Shown: piece by piece, positions 11,344 through 19,561 of the stretch
Layout of the letters: every line of letters starts with the position of its first letter
How positions within the stretch are numbered: position 1 is the first letter of the stretch
Origin: a virus
Direction: 5' to 3' (one strand)
Length of the DNA stretch: 64,000 nt
IMG/VR virus record: IMGVR_UViG_3300048580_000994
Span: 1-64,000 of that record
Program-made: the position numbers and the translations under genes
The notes under the pieces: generated by a model
Seen by the model: the letters and a program-made list of their open reading frames with translations, nothing else
What the model was told of the DNA's origin: nothing
Databases searched by the model: none

Positions 11344-11728
11344 GAAATCAGGGTTGATACCATATTATAAGGATGGTGATTTTTTTAAATTTTTTTGTAT
11401 GGTACCATCAAACCCATTATATGGTGGTACTGATCCTCAAATAGCCAAGGGTGAAATTGAACTTGATGAAAATCCACAACAAGCTGCTATAAGGGAGGCG
11501 ACAGAAGAACTTGGTTTGGTTGAAGATAATATCCAAAATTTAATATTTTTTGAACAAATGAATGGTATTTTCTTTTATGCAGCTGAAGTTATGAATCCAT
11601 ATAATTGGGGAACCCCGCATTTTGAAACTGGTTCTGTGTTATGGGTATGGGAAAATAACTTGGAAATCATTCGAGAATGGCAGCGTCCAATTATAGAGCA
11701 TTTACTATCAATATTAAGACAATCATAA
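11333..11728 (+). CDS. NUDIX hydrolase
   Basis: Nudix box KGEIELDENPQQAAIREATEELG. Confidence 0.9.
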   Translation: MKNKKSGLIPYYKDGDFFKFFCMVPSNPLYGGTDPQIAKGEIELDENPQQAAIREATEELGLVEDNIQNLIFFEQMNGIFFYAAEVMNPYNWGTPHFETGSVLWVWENNLEIIREWQRPIIEHLLSILRQS

Positions 11729-11743
11729 ATTATAAATAGGTTT

Positions 11744-12169
11744 ATGGATGAAATATTTAATAAACTTATGGACTTAAAAGATGATCTATCACACTATAAA
11801 CAAAAACCAAACAGTTATTATTTGAGTAAATTTTTTATTGAAAAAGGCAACTTAGCCATTTCAATGATCCCATCTATAAATCAAGATATTAATAAAATTG
11901 GTAATAATACATGGATGAAATGTTATTTAAAAGATAATCGTTTGTATTTTGATATTGCATCTGAAACATATATAGGTAATGGTATAGCACATTGTATGTC
12001 GCAAATTTTTTCCAATAGTACCCCAAAACAGCTTACAGATTTTGATATAAATGAATTTTATGATATTTTTGATGATAATGTTTTTTTAATTGGACAAAAA
12101 CCAACGATTGATATTATAATGAACAAAATAGTTGATTATGCTGTTTTATATGGGAGGAATGAAAAATGA
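11744..12169 (+). CDS. SufE-like protein (catalytic Cys apparently absent)
   Basis: W..LYFDIASETYIGNGIA..FSNSTPKQL resembles SufE core. Confidence 0.5.
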   Translation: MDEIFNKLMDLKDDLSHYKQKPNSYYLSKFFIEKGNLAISMIPSINQDINKIGNNTWMKCYLKDNRLYFDIASETYIGNGIAHCMSQIFSNSTPKQLTDFDINEFYDIFDDNVFLIGQKPTIDIIMNKIVDYAVLYGRNEK

Positions 12170-12349
12170 GTTTGGAGTGGTTTAGAAACGCAAGAAAAGA
12201 AGATTTTGATGATATTTTAGAAACATTTCCAAATGCAATTTCTGGTATTCCAAAAGAATTTGCAGGAATGACAACCACACAATTGATGCAAATGGATGTT
12301 ATTGGTGTATATTTCCCAAACAAAGAAACTGACAAGAAAGGATAATTTA

Positions 12350-12718
12350 ATGGACCCATTATCATTGATGCTTAGTGGATTTAATAAAATCAACAGTGTC
12401 TCCCCTGATAGTGTATTTTACCAAACTACTTTATTTGGTGAATTGACTAAACTTTGGAAAGAAGCTGATAAAAAATTTCACGACGAATTGCGAGATGCAA
12501 ACGTTGGGTGTTCATTATCAAATACCATTGAACAGATTTTCAAAACTACTTTTATGTTACGAAAACAAACAGATAGAATTTTCCAACAAGATTTTGTATC
12601 CATTGACGTTGTGGAAATTAACAAAATTTGGGAGGTGTTTTCTGATTATCAACATAAAGAAATCTATGACCCAAAAATCAGAAATGAAATTTTGGTAAGA
12701 GTTTCTAAAATTGTTTGA
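12350..12718 (+). CDS. Hypothetical protein
   Basis: ORF, ATG at 12350. Confidence 0.55.
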   Translation: MDPLSLMLSGFNKINSVSPDSVFYQTTLFGELTKLWKEADKKFHDELRDANVGCSLSNTIEQIFKTTFMLRKQTDRIFQQDFVSIDVVEINKIWEVFSDYQHKEIYDPKIRNEILVRVSKIV

Positions 12719-13037
12719 TGGCTTGGAAATTATTCAGCGTGATGATTTGAAGAATCAAATTGGTGCATTTGATTATTGCTTTCATATCATAAACCCAGAA
12801 CAAGAAATGGGCACAGATACAATCAAGCCTGTTGCAAAATGGTGTGGTGATAATTTTCAACACAATTTTGTAATTATTCAATTTAGTTCATTGTTGGTAG
12901 CAGGTGGATGTATGGATTTAAAAAATTCTTGGCGTCCTGAATGGGATTATTTTGAAGAAGTATCACCTATGATAAAATATTTTGAATTGCGTTGTCATTC
13001 AGATGACGCAATCTTGTTTAAATTATCCAATGCTTGA
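12711..13037 (+). CDS. Hypothetical protein, FKL family
   Basis: KWC..NF and DAILFKL motifs. Confidence 0.6.
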   Translation: MFDGLEIIQRDDLKNQIGAFDYCFHIINPEQEMGTDTIKPVAKWCGDNFQHNFVIIQFSSLLVAGGCMDLKNSWRPEWDYFEEVSPMIKYFELRCHSDDAILFKLSNA

Positions 13038-13300
13038 TTTCTCTAAATAATCATCAAATTCATAGTTGATGAAACTGAAATCAATTTTATCAAAATTCAA
13101 ATCGATATTGTTGGTAAAATTGTGTCTTAATCCAAATTTAATAATTTCAAAAATAAATTCTTCTAAAATTTTTTGGGTTGGCTCATATTTGAAAGTGTCC
13201 ATAATTTAATCTCCATTTTTATTAATCCATATTAGCATTTTTTGTGAAAAAGTCAATTAAAAAAGATAAATAAAATTACAAATAAATGAGGTAGGTACCC

Positions 13301-13666
13301 ATGCGAAAAACAATTTTAATAATAGAAGATAATGATATAAACATGACATTATATACCTTGTTTTTGAGTAAAGCAGGTTATTCGGTTATTCAAAGCCCTA
13401 AAGGAAAAAATGGGTTGGATATGATCAAGGAATTTTTACCAGACTTAGTTCTTACAGATATTAATCTTCCTGATATATCTGGTATTGATATAATTAAAAA
13501 TATTAAAAGCGATTCAACGACCAATCATATACCAGTTGTGGCAATTTCTGCATTCAAAGATAAAGATGAAGAAGATGAGGTTAAAAATATCAGTGATGCA
13601 ACACTGAAAAAACCCACCACGAATGATGGGCTTTTAACAGTTGTTCGTGCATTTTTAACAGCATAA
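13301..13666 (+). CDS. Single-domain response regulator (DivK/CheY-like)
   Basis: ILIIEDN, PDLVLTDINLPDISG, IPVVAISA, KKP. Confidence 0.9.
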   Translation: MRKTILIIEDNDINMTLYTLFLSKAGYSVIQSPKGKNGLDMIKEFLPDLVLTDINLPDISGIDIIKNIKSDSTTNHIPVVAISAFKDKDEEDEVKNISDATLKKPTTNDGLLTVVRAFLTA

Positions 13667-13674
13667 GTTGCTGC

Positions 13675-13959
13675 TTAATGCCAAGGGGCGCTTCCACCTA
13701 CAATTTCAGGTGTTAAAAATTTCTTATCCACCAGATACCATTTCTTTGGGCGAGGATCAGGTGTGACAAAACAATCTCGTTCACGAGAATCAAACATTAC
13801 CCCAGCTGCGGTAAACATACCATTATCAACTAAAACAACAGGTAAAGCATAACCTGAAAAATCAGTAAAATTTTTAATATCGGTTACAGTAACGGTAACC
13901 CCATATTGGTTGAGAAATGCCTCTTTAGATTCGTTTCGTGGATTGATATAATATCCCAT
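13675..13959 (-). CDS. Hypothetical phage protein
   Basis: ORF with AAGGA RBS. Confidence 0.65.
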   Translation of the reverse strand: MGYYINPRNESKEAFLNQYGVTVTVTDIKNFTDFSGYALPVVLVDNGMFTAAGVMFDSRERDCFVTPDPRPKKWYLVDKKFLTPEIVGGSAPWH

Positions 13960-14018
13960 TTGATTTTTCCTTTCATGTTATTGTTTAATCATACTAACAT
14001 AAAATCAAAAAATATCAA

Positions 14019-14498
14019 CTATAAAATCATCATCCAGAAAACAACAGACATCCATAATCCGCCATAAGCACCACCTTCAACGTATTCAAAGATTTGATGT
14101 GGATCTGCAATACCATCATGTGATTCTTTTGCCCATTTAGCAGCATACCATACTATTGGCATTAACACCAACCCATACCAAAATTGCATTACAACACAGC
14201 AGAACAAAATTGGACCACAATATCTCCATACTGAATGCCACAACGAACCAAAATATTCTTTCATGGAAATCCAAAAATACCATCCAACAATCAATAACGC
14301 AGCCTTTAATGACCCAACCCACCAAACAGGTGCCAATATTACTGCAGCTGGAACTAAAATTGGCAAATAGATAGCATAGGCAACTATTCTTCTCATTGCC
14401 CCACCTTGCCCATGACGACCTAAAGCCCCAAATCCAACACCAGCTATCATTGAGCCTACTATAAAATATAATATGTTTTGTAAAATAAATGCTTCCAT
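14019..14498 (-). CDS. Multi-pass membrane protein
   Basis: Several hydrophobic segments; GGAGG RBS. Confidence 0.65.
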   Translation of the reverse strand: MEAFILQNILYFIVGSMIAGVGFGALGRHGQGGAMRRIVAYAIYLPILVPAAVILAPVWWVGSLKAALLIVGWYFWISMKEYFGSLWHSVWRYCGPILFCCVVMQFWYGLVLMPIVWYAAKWAKESHDGIADPHQIFEYVEGGAYGGLWMSVVFWMMIL

Positions 14499-14596
14499 AA
14501 CGAAACCCTCCTAAAATTTAATCTATCTGTTATTTATCAATTTGATTTCCAAAACACCATTATGCTATACTAAATAAAATTAAAAAGGAGAACCCC

Positions 14597-15097
14597 ATGG
14601 GCGTATATATCGTGTATAGCAATATTTTTGATGAAGATGGCGGGCAACTTGCCAAAATTTTGATGCATGTCTGTGCCACCCCAATTGTGGCTGTGAAAAT
14701 CATCGAGATTATGAAAGAGCAAGATAAAGAGTCTGCGATGATTTATGAAAAGTATGAAGAATTTGGGGAAAAATGGATGGAAGAAAATCCAAAGCCTGAT
14801 TTATGGGATGAGGAAACCTATGATGCAATGTTCCCAAAACCTGAAGCCAAAGATGCCATTAAAATTTGGAAAGATGAAAAAAAGGCTATGAAGTCAAGGA
14901 TTTTAAAATCCCATAAAGAATGGACGAAAACGTTCATCAAAGCCATCAACGGATTATTGGAACAATATGGGATTGATTTTGAGGATTTACAATCCTTCCC
15001 AATGTTTAACGATGAAACAGTTGAATATTCTGTTGAGTGTGAGGAGATCGTGTTTGACGTTACCCCTGTTGACGTTGAAAAAATTGATGAAAATTAA
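14597..15097 (+). CDS. Hypothetical acidic protein
   Basis: AAGGAG RBS; promoter TGCTATACT upstream. Confidence 0.7.
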   Translation: MGVYIVYSNIFDEDGGQLAKILMHVCATPIVAVKIIEIMKEQDKESAMIYEKYEEFGEKWMEENPKPDLWDEETYDAMFPKPEAKDAIKIWKDEKKAMKSRILKSHKEWTKTFIKAINGLLEQYGIDFEDLQSFPMFNDETVEYSVECEEIVFDVTPVDVEKIDEN

Positions 15098-15170
15098 AAA
15101 ATTGCATTTTTTTATATATATTATGTCGTTTTTTAAAAAATTATATAAATAAAAATAGTGAAAATTTTTG

Positions 15171-15393
15171 TTGACATGCTAAATAGAATTTGGTAGAGTC
15201 ATGAAAGTCGCAGGAACGAATGGATTTGAAGGTTTGAAATTTTTTCAAAAAAATGAAAAAAAGATTTGACAACCCCATAAAGACCTGTTAGAGTGATTAA
15301 ATGATGAAGGGGACGAAAGAAACCTAAGTCGCAAAAAAAAGTTTCAAAATGTTGAAAAAAAGTGTTGACATGAGAAACTAAATAGGATAGAGT
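15171..15393 (+). promoter_or_regulatory. Three tandem sigma70-type promoters (TTGACA-17-TAGAGT) driving the tRNA array
   Basis: -35 at 15171, 15266, 15365; -10 at 15194, 15289, 15388; A-tracts upstream. Confidence 0.85.
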
Positions 15394-15441
15394 GATTAAA
15401 GATTAGGGGAATAACCCCCATAGAAAACTAGACGAAGGATT

Positions 15442-15651
15442 ATGAATAAAATGTTTAATACCGTTGCACACATTTCTGGATTATATACACAAAGCCATAC
15501 ATGGCAAAGTGTGTCCAGCTGTGACCGCCGCTATCACCTCGATAGCACCGCGATTACAGGTGTCAAAGGTGGGAATGAAGCCATGGGTAAACCCCAATCA
15601 TTTATTCCAGCATTTGAAAATAATACCCGAGGAGGGTTCAGACCAAGCTAA
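15442..15651 (+). CDS. Putative attenuator leader peptide of tRNA operon (69 aa)
   Basis: AAGGA RBS; all 20 amino acids; 3' end overlaps antiterminator strand. Confidence 0.6.
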   Translation: MNKMFNTVAHISGLYTQSHTWQSVSSCDRRYHLDSTAITGVKGGNEAMGKPQSFIPAFENNTRGGFRPS

Positions 15652-15680
15652 CGCAAAGTCTGAAATTGGATTAAAAACCC

Positions 15681-15714
15681 AAAACCCTCCAAGAGAAATC
15701 TAGGAGGGTTTTTT
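15681..15714 (+). terminator. Intrinsic terminator (attenuator) upstream of tRNA array
   Basis: AAAACCCTCC-AAGA-GAAA-TCTA-GGAGGGTTTTTT. Confidence 0.8.
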
Positions 15715-15939
15715 ATTGGTTAAAGTGAATTAGGCGACCTATCTGCCTTTAACAGCTTAAAATGTTATGAAAATTAGGGGGCCGAGGATGAAGTGCCGGA
15801 ATGCACAAGTAAAAGTCGGTGGTGAAGGAAACCAAGGAGCAATACCTTGTAGTAGCTTCATCAGGTTGCCGTCATATGGTAACCTTAAAATCAATTCTTC
15901 ATCAGACGATGGACGAAAGAATATCGTCTGATGAATTAT

Positions 15940-16011
15940 GAGACTATCTTCTAATGGTTAGGAATCTAGACTTTCAATCTGGCAATCGGGGTTCAATTCC
16001 CCGTAGTCTCA
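15940..16011 (+). tRNA. tRNA-Glu(TTC)
   Basis: Cloverleaf; CTAGA-CTTTCAA-TCTGG. Confidence 0.85.
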
Positions 16012-16019
16012 CTAATTAT

Positions 16020-16099
16020 CTCCCCAACGACTAATGGCAGGTCAATAGGCTTTCAACCTATGGTTCAACACCAAGTCGGTTCGATTCCGTCTGGGGGGA
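16020..16099 (+). tRNA. tRNA-Glu(TTC) with extended variable arm
   Basis: ATAGG-CTTTCAA-CCTAT; GGT-TCAAC-ACC arm. Confidence 0.7.
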
Positions 16100-16112
16100 C
16101 TTAACGAATAAT

Positions 16113-16186
16113 GGGGTATGACTGTCACATATGGGAGACAGCAGGAGAGATCCTCTTGGGTAGTGGTTCAACTCCACTATACTCCA
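16113..16186 (+). ncRNA. tRNA-like RNA without canonical anticodon loop
   Basis: Acceptor GGGGTAT/ATACTCC and T arm intact; AGGA-GAGA-TCCT replaces anticodon arm. Confidence 0.55.
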
Positions 16187-16191
16187 CTAAT

Positions 16192-16263
16192 CAGGAATGA
16201 AGAGGCTGGGTAATCAGTCAGTTTTGGAAGCTGGCGAGGGTGGTTCGATTCCACCATTCCTGA
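16192..16263 (+). tRNA. tRNA-Pro(TGG)
   Basis: TCAGT-TTTGGAA-GCTGG; C1-G72. Confidence 0.75.
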
Positions 16264-16274
16264 CGAAATATTAT

Positions 16275-16349
16275 CTTGGTGAGGGCCATGTGGGAGGCCA
16301 CCAGTTTTGGGAACTGGTCACCGTGCAGGTTCGAATCCTGTCACCAAGA
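16275..16349 (+). tRNA. tRNA-Pro(TGG)
   Basis: CCAGT-TTTGGGA-ACTGG. Confidence 0.8.
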
Positions 16350-16355
16350 CGTAAT

Positions 16356-16436
16356 GGAAGGGCTGGGTACGAGTGAACCCAAGAGTCTGTAAAACTCCCC
16401 TTAATTGTGTGATGGTGCAAATTCCGTCCCCTTCCA
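16356..16436 (+). tRNA. tRNA-Tyr(GTA)
   Basis: GAGT-CTGTAAA-ACTC; near-identical copy at 21175. Confidence 0.75.
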
Positions 16437-16454
16437 CAAAAATGAAGAAATTAT

Positions 16455-16527
16455 GGTGGCTATAGTGTAGAAGTAACACACAACACTGTGAATGTTGTAT
16501 CACGATGGCAGAATTCGTTAGTCACCC
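16455..16527 (+). tRNA. tRNA-His(GTG)
   Basis: CAACA-CTGTGAA-TGTTG; atypical T loop. Confidence 0.75.
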
Positions 16528-16540
16528 TTATAAAATTTAT

Positions 16541-16612
16541 GGACCGGTAGTTCAGAGGAAGAACAGTAGGCTTTTAACCTGCGTGTCGGGATATCGTAAT
16601 TCCCCCGGTCTA
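16541..16612 (+). tRNA. tRNA-Lys(TTT)
   Basis: GTAGG-CTTTTAA-CCTGC. Confidence 0.8.
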
Positions 16613-16626
16613 CAAAATGAAATTAT

Positions 16627-16700
16627 GGATTCTTAACTCAGTTGGTTAGAGTGCCGTCCTTTTAAGTCGGAAGTCGTCAGTTCGAGCCTGACAGAATCTA
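16627..16700 (+). tRNA. tRNA-Lys(TTT)
   Basis: CCGTC-CTTTTAA-GTCGG; canonical D and T arms. Confidence 0.85.
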
Positions 16701-16709
16701 CGAAATAAT

Positions 16710-16783
16710 GCCCGAATAGTGACAAATGGAAAACACGCCGCCCTTGTAACGCGGAAATATCGGATCATACTCGATTTTGGGCA
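16710..16783 (+). tRNA. tRNA-Thr(TGT)
   Basis: CCGC-C-CTTGTAA-C-GCGG. Confidence 0.75.
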
Positions 16784-16797
16784 CAAAGAAAACTTAT

Positions 16798-16889
16798 GGA
16801 CTCTAGGGAACTCTTGGTTTGTTCCAACGGGCTTTTAACCCGTCTTGCTTAACGCAATTGGCCAGTTCGATTCTAGGCAGAGTCTACCA
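16798..16889 (+). tRNA. tRNA-Lys(TTT) with long variable arm, encoded CCA
   Basis: ACGGG-CTTTTAA-CCCGT; TTGC-TTAAC-GCAA arm. Confidence 0.7.
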
Positions 16890-17751
16890 CTTTATTAAAA
16901 TACTTATCTTGTGCTTCTTTTACTGTTCTTGTTTTTATACCAAGATATTGTAAAAGAAAAAATGGTCCAGCAGGGTTTGGGTTTTTTAATAGTTCACATA
17001 ATTGTGGGGTACTATATTGGTTGTATAATGATTGGGCATAATTTTTACAAGTATTCCAATCATTGATAAATTCAGGTGTACCCAAATTATCTAATGATAA
17101 ATTAAAATATTTGTTTAGTCCTTTTAATATTTGGGTTGAACGATTGATGCCACAAAGGCAATTTGGTTTTTTTGTTCCACAAAATTTACACAAGGTTTTA
17201 TCTATTATTGGTGGTTTGTGTGATTTAGTGTTTTTATTTTCCCAAGATAACAGAGGGCGATATTTTACTGCTTTTGGTCCATACCACCCTTGTCCAATAT
17301 ATTCTTCCAATAATAATTTGGATATTTTGGTTCGTGTGTTGGTTAAAGGTTGTATAACCCAACAGGTTCCAAATTGCGAGTTTTTATCACCAGATTGTGT
17401 ATTGCTCATTGTTGTGCTCATATTTTTTCTGGCATAATCATATAAGCGTGAATTAAAATATCGTTGTATATTACACCAAGAAGAACTTTTCATCATATTA
17501 AATGCCATAATCATACTATACCAACTGTGTGATTTTTCAGGTAGCATTTTACAAAGAAGATAGTGACATATAAAATGTTCTCTAGCAGTTAAAAAAACTA
17601 AATTATCGTTGGTATCATCACCATCCAACGACCTTGGGATGATGTGGTGTTTTTCATAATATTGGGTTTTAGATTTAACCCTTGGTTGTGATTTAGCGTT
17701 TTGGATAATTCCATAATACCAATTATAGTATTTATTTTTTATAAAAATCAT
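16873..17751 (-). CDS. HNH homing endonuclease (MIFIKNKYY family)
   Basis: EKHHIIPRSLDG..NLVFLTAREHFICH; start re-set to ATG 17751 with GGAG RBS; paralogues at 31524 and 50275. Confidence 0.85.
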   Translation of the reverse strand: MIFIKNKYYNWYYGIIQNAKSQPRVKSKTQYYEKHHIIPRSLDGDDTNDNLVFLTAREHFICHYLLCKMLPEKSHSWYSMIMAFNMMKSSSWCNIQRYFNSRLYDYARKNMSTTMSNTQSGDKNSQFGTCWVIQPLTNTRTKISKLLLEEYIGQGWYGPKAVKYRPLLSWENKNTKSHKPPIIDKTLCKFCGTKKPNCLCGINRSTQILKGLNKYFNLSLDNLGTPEFINDWNTCKNYAQSLYNQYSTPQLCELLKNPNPAGPFFLLQYLGIKTRTVKEAQDKYFNKVVDSA

Positions 17752-17774
17752 TTGTATTCTCTCCGAATAAAGTG

Positions 17775-17858
17775 TATAAATAAAAGGAGTGGGACAAGCC
17801 CTTCTCCGATGGGTTTCTAATACCGGCAAAGTATTGGATACCACTAATCTTATTTATC
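17775..17858 (+). ncRNA. Nuclease-associated three-way-junction sRNA element
   Basis: TATAAATA..AGTGG-GACAA-GCCC-loop(TCTCCGA)-GGGT-hairpin-TA-CCACT..TATTTATC. Confidence 0.75.
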
Positions 17859-17918
17859 AAATAATTCTTAATATAGCAGAAAATAGTTATAAAAATCAAT
17901 ATTTTAATTAAAAATTTT

Positions 17919-17991
17919 AGTCCCTTAGCTCAGAGGCAGAGCGGCAGGTTCTTACCCTGCGTCAGCGAGATTTCAAAATTCTCAGGGACTA
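17919..17991 (+). tRNA. tRNA-Lys(CTT)
   Basis: GCAGG-TTCTTAC-CCTGC. Confidence 0.75.
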
Positions 17992-17996
17992 CTAAT

Positions 17997-18069
17997 GGAC
18001 GATTAGCTCAAGTGGTAGAGCAACTGACTCTTAATCAGTAGGTTCCCAGATCATGGCTGGGATCGTTCA
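17997..18069 (+). tRNA. tRNA-Lys(CTT)
   Basis: ACTGA-CTCTTAA-TCAGT. Confidence 0.8.
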
Positions 18070-18242
18070 CTAATTATAGCAGGTTGATAAAATCAAATTA
18101 CAGACTTGCAAGCTGGGTAGTCCAACGCTATCTAAATAATTTGGTGCTATAATGGATTTCAGCATGGTGATGAACTTGTAAGACTGATTGATTTGATTAG
18201 ACGTAAGATGAACGTCCAATAAGGTGTGAAGCCTTTGATTAT

Positions 18243-18331
18243 TCCTGTCGGCGTGGCTAGGTGAAACGCATGGACTGTTAATCCATTGGCTCGTAGGGAT
18301 ACGGGGCGAGGTTCGAATCCTCGGACAGGAG
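18243..18331 (+). tRNA. tRNA-Asn(GTT) with long variable arm
   Basis: ATGGA-CTGTTAA-TCCAT; CTCGTA-GGGA-TACGGG arm; G73. Confidence 0.8.
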
Positions 18332-18380
18332 CGGAATATACGGTTGAAAGTGACGATAAGAATGGGAACTTTCAAAAAAT

Positions 18381-18453
18381 GGTACTGAAGAGCAATTGGT
18401 TGAGCCGCTTGACTGTCTATCAGGTGTACGGGGTTCAATTCCCCGCAGTATCG
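18381..18453 (+). tRNA. tRNA-Asp(GTC)
   Basis: CTTGA-CTGTCTA-TCAGG; G73. Confidence 0.75.
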
Positions 18454-18522
18454 CATAAAGTAACTGTGGTACCCTGATGGGTTCCTTAATTAACCACCTT
18501 TAGTGTGGTAGCAGTTTTTAAT

Positions 18523-18591
18523 GGGCTTTCCGTATAGGACGGACCCTGCACTTGCAATGCGGGAGGGTCGGGGCAGTACCGACAAGGTCCA
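18523..18591 (+). tRNA. tRNA-Ala(TGC), degenerate D/T arms
   Basis: CTGCA-CTTGCAA-TGCGG; G3:U70. Confidence 0.65.
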
Positions 18592-18606
18592 CAAAAATAA
18601 AATAAT

Positions 18607-18679
18607 GGGTAGATGGTGAAGCTAGTGCTCACATCGTTCTGAAAAAGCGAAGACCAAGGTGCGATCCCTTGTCTACCCA
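18607..18679 (+). tRNA. tRNA-Phe(GAA)
   Basis: TCGTT-CTGAAAA-AGCGA. Confidence 0.75.
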
Positions 18680-18684
18680 CTTAT

Positions 18685-18755
18685 GGTCTGTTAGTTCAAA
18701 GGAAGAACAAACGCTTGATAAGCGTTAGATGGGATATCGTAATTCTCACGGACCA
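18685..18755 (+). tRNA. tRNA-Ile(GAT)
   Basis: AACGC-TTGATAA-GCGTT. Confidence 0.75.
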
Positions 18756-18760
18756 CTTAT

Positions 18761-18831
18761 AGGAGCGACTCAGGGCTAGTAAGCACGGCCGATAACCGTG
18801 TGATGTTGGAGTTCAAATCTCCCCGTTCCTA
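18761..18831 (+). tRNA. tRNA-Ile(GAT), degenerate
   Basis: CACGG-CCGATAA-CCGTG. Confidence 0.6.
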
Positions 18832-18836
18832 CTTAT

Positions 18837-18907
18837 GCCATCTTAGTACAACAGTAGTATTACCGGTTGAAGCCCGGTCGATCTTGGGGCGGGACCAAGG
18901 GGTGGCA
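18837..18907 (+). tRNA. tRNA-Phe(GAA)
   Basis: ACCGG-TTGAAGC-CCGGT. Confidence 0.7.
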
Positions 18908-18912
18908 CTTAT

Positions 18913-18985
18913 GGGCTTATAGGCTAATTGGATAAACCTTTGGACTACGAATCCGAAATTCCAGATTCGAATTCTGGTAAGCCCG
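18913..18985 (+). tRNA. tRNA-Arg(ACG)
   Basis: TTGGA-CTACGAA-TCCGA. Confidence 0.85.
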
Positions 18986-19116
18986 CTACACACTGGACTA
19001 TATTAGCAATAATATAAAATAACAGTGTTTCTACCCATAATATTAGTATAATAGTAATGCAACCAGCCAAAAGGGTTGGGTGATATCAAGGCAGGATTGA
19101 TATATTATGGTTAAAT

Positions 19117-19190
19117 GCTTCCATAGTGATAATTGGTTAACACGATTCTTTGGTAAGGAATAAATCTCGGATCATTCCCGGGTGGAAGCT
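19117..19190 (+). tRNA. tRNA-Thr(GGT)
   Basis: ATTCT-TTGGTAA-GGAAT. Confidence 0.8.
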
Positions 19191-19202
19191 CTTAAACGAT
19201 AT

Positions 19203-19285
19203 GGAGAATGCCGGGGTTGGCTCCCCAAACAGTCTTGAAAACTGTGGTGACCGCAAGGTCAATAGTTCGATGCTATCATTCTCCG
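19203..19285 (+). tRNA. tRNA-Ser(TGA)
   Basis: ACAGT-CTTGAAA-ACTGT; long variable arm; G73. Confidence 0.8.
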
Positions 19286-19300
19286 CTTAACTTATTTTAT

Positions 19301-19381
19301 GCCCGAGTGATGTAACAGCAGCCATGCAACGCTAAGAACGTTGTGCCGAAAGGCGTGCAGGTGCAATTCCTGTCTCGGGTA
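19301..19381 (+). tRNA. tRNA-Leu(AAG), A34
   Basis: CAACG-CTAAGAA-CGTTG; GCC-GAAA-GGC arm. Confidence 0.8.
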
Positions 19382-19487
19382 CTAAAAATTTTCAACGTAG
19401 GGACCAGTACCATGGCGAACACGAACAAAATGGACAATATCAAGATAGTGATCATAGGCTTGATATTCGTTGAAAATTTTTTGATAT

Positions 19488-19561
19488 GTCGGGTATGGCA
19501 TGGTGCCTTCGAAGGGATTGGCCGTCTGGAGAAGAATGGGGTTCAAATCCACCGCCCGATA
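19488..19561 (+). pseudogene. Degenerate tRNA-like sequence
   Basis: GTCGGGT/GCCCGAT ends and GGTTCAAATCC T loop; no anticodon arm. Confidence 0.4.

Noticed and set aside
17752-17844. N-terminal extension ETHRRRACPTPFI shared by ORF-track calls 16873..17844 and 29114..30352
   Set aside because: It is the translated reverse complement of the conserved RNA element; paralogues start at MIFIKN/MKKT with a proper RBS.
17775-17858. HEARO or omega RNA (IscB/TnpB) assignment
   Set aside because: Element is only ~65 nt and the linked proteins show no RuvC motifs or transposon ends.
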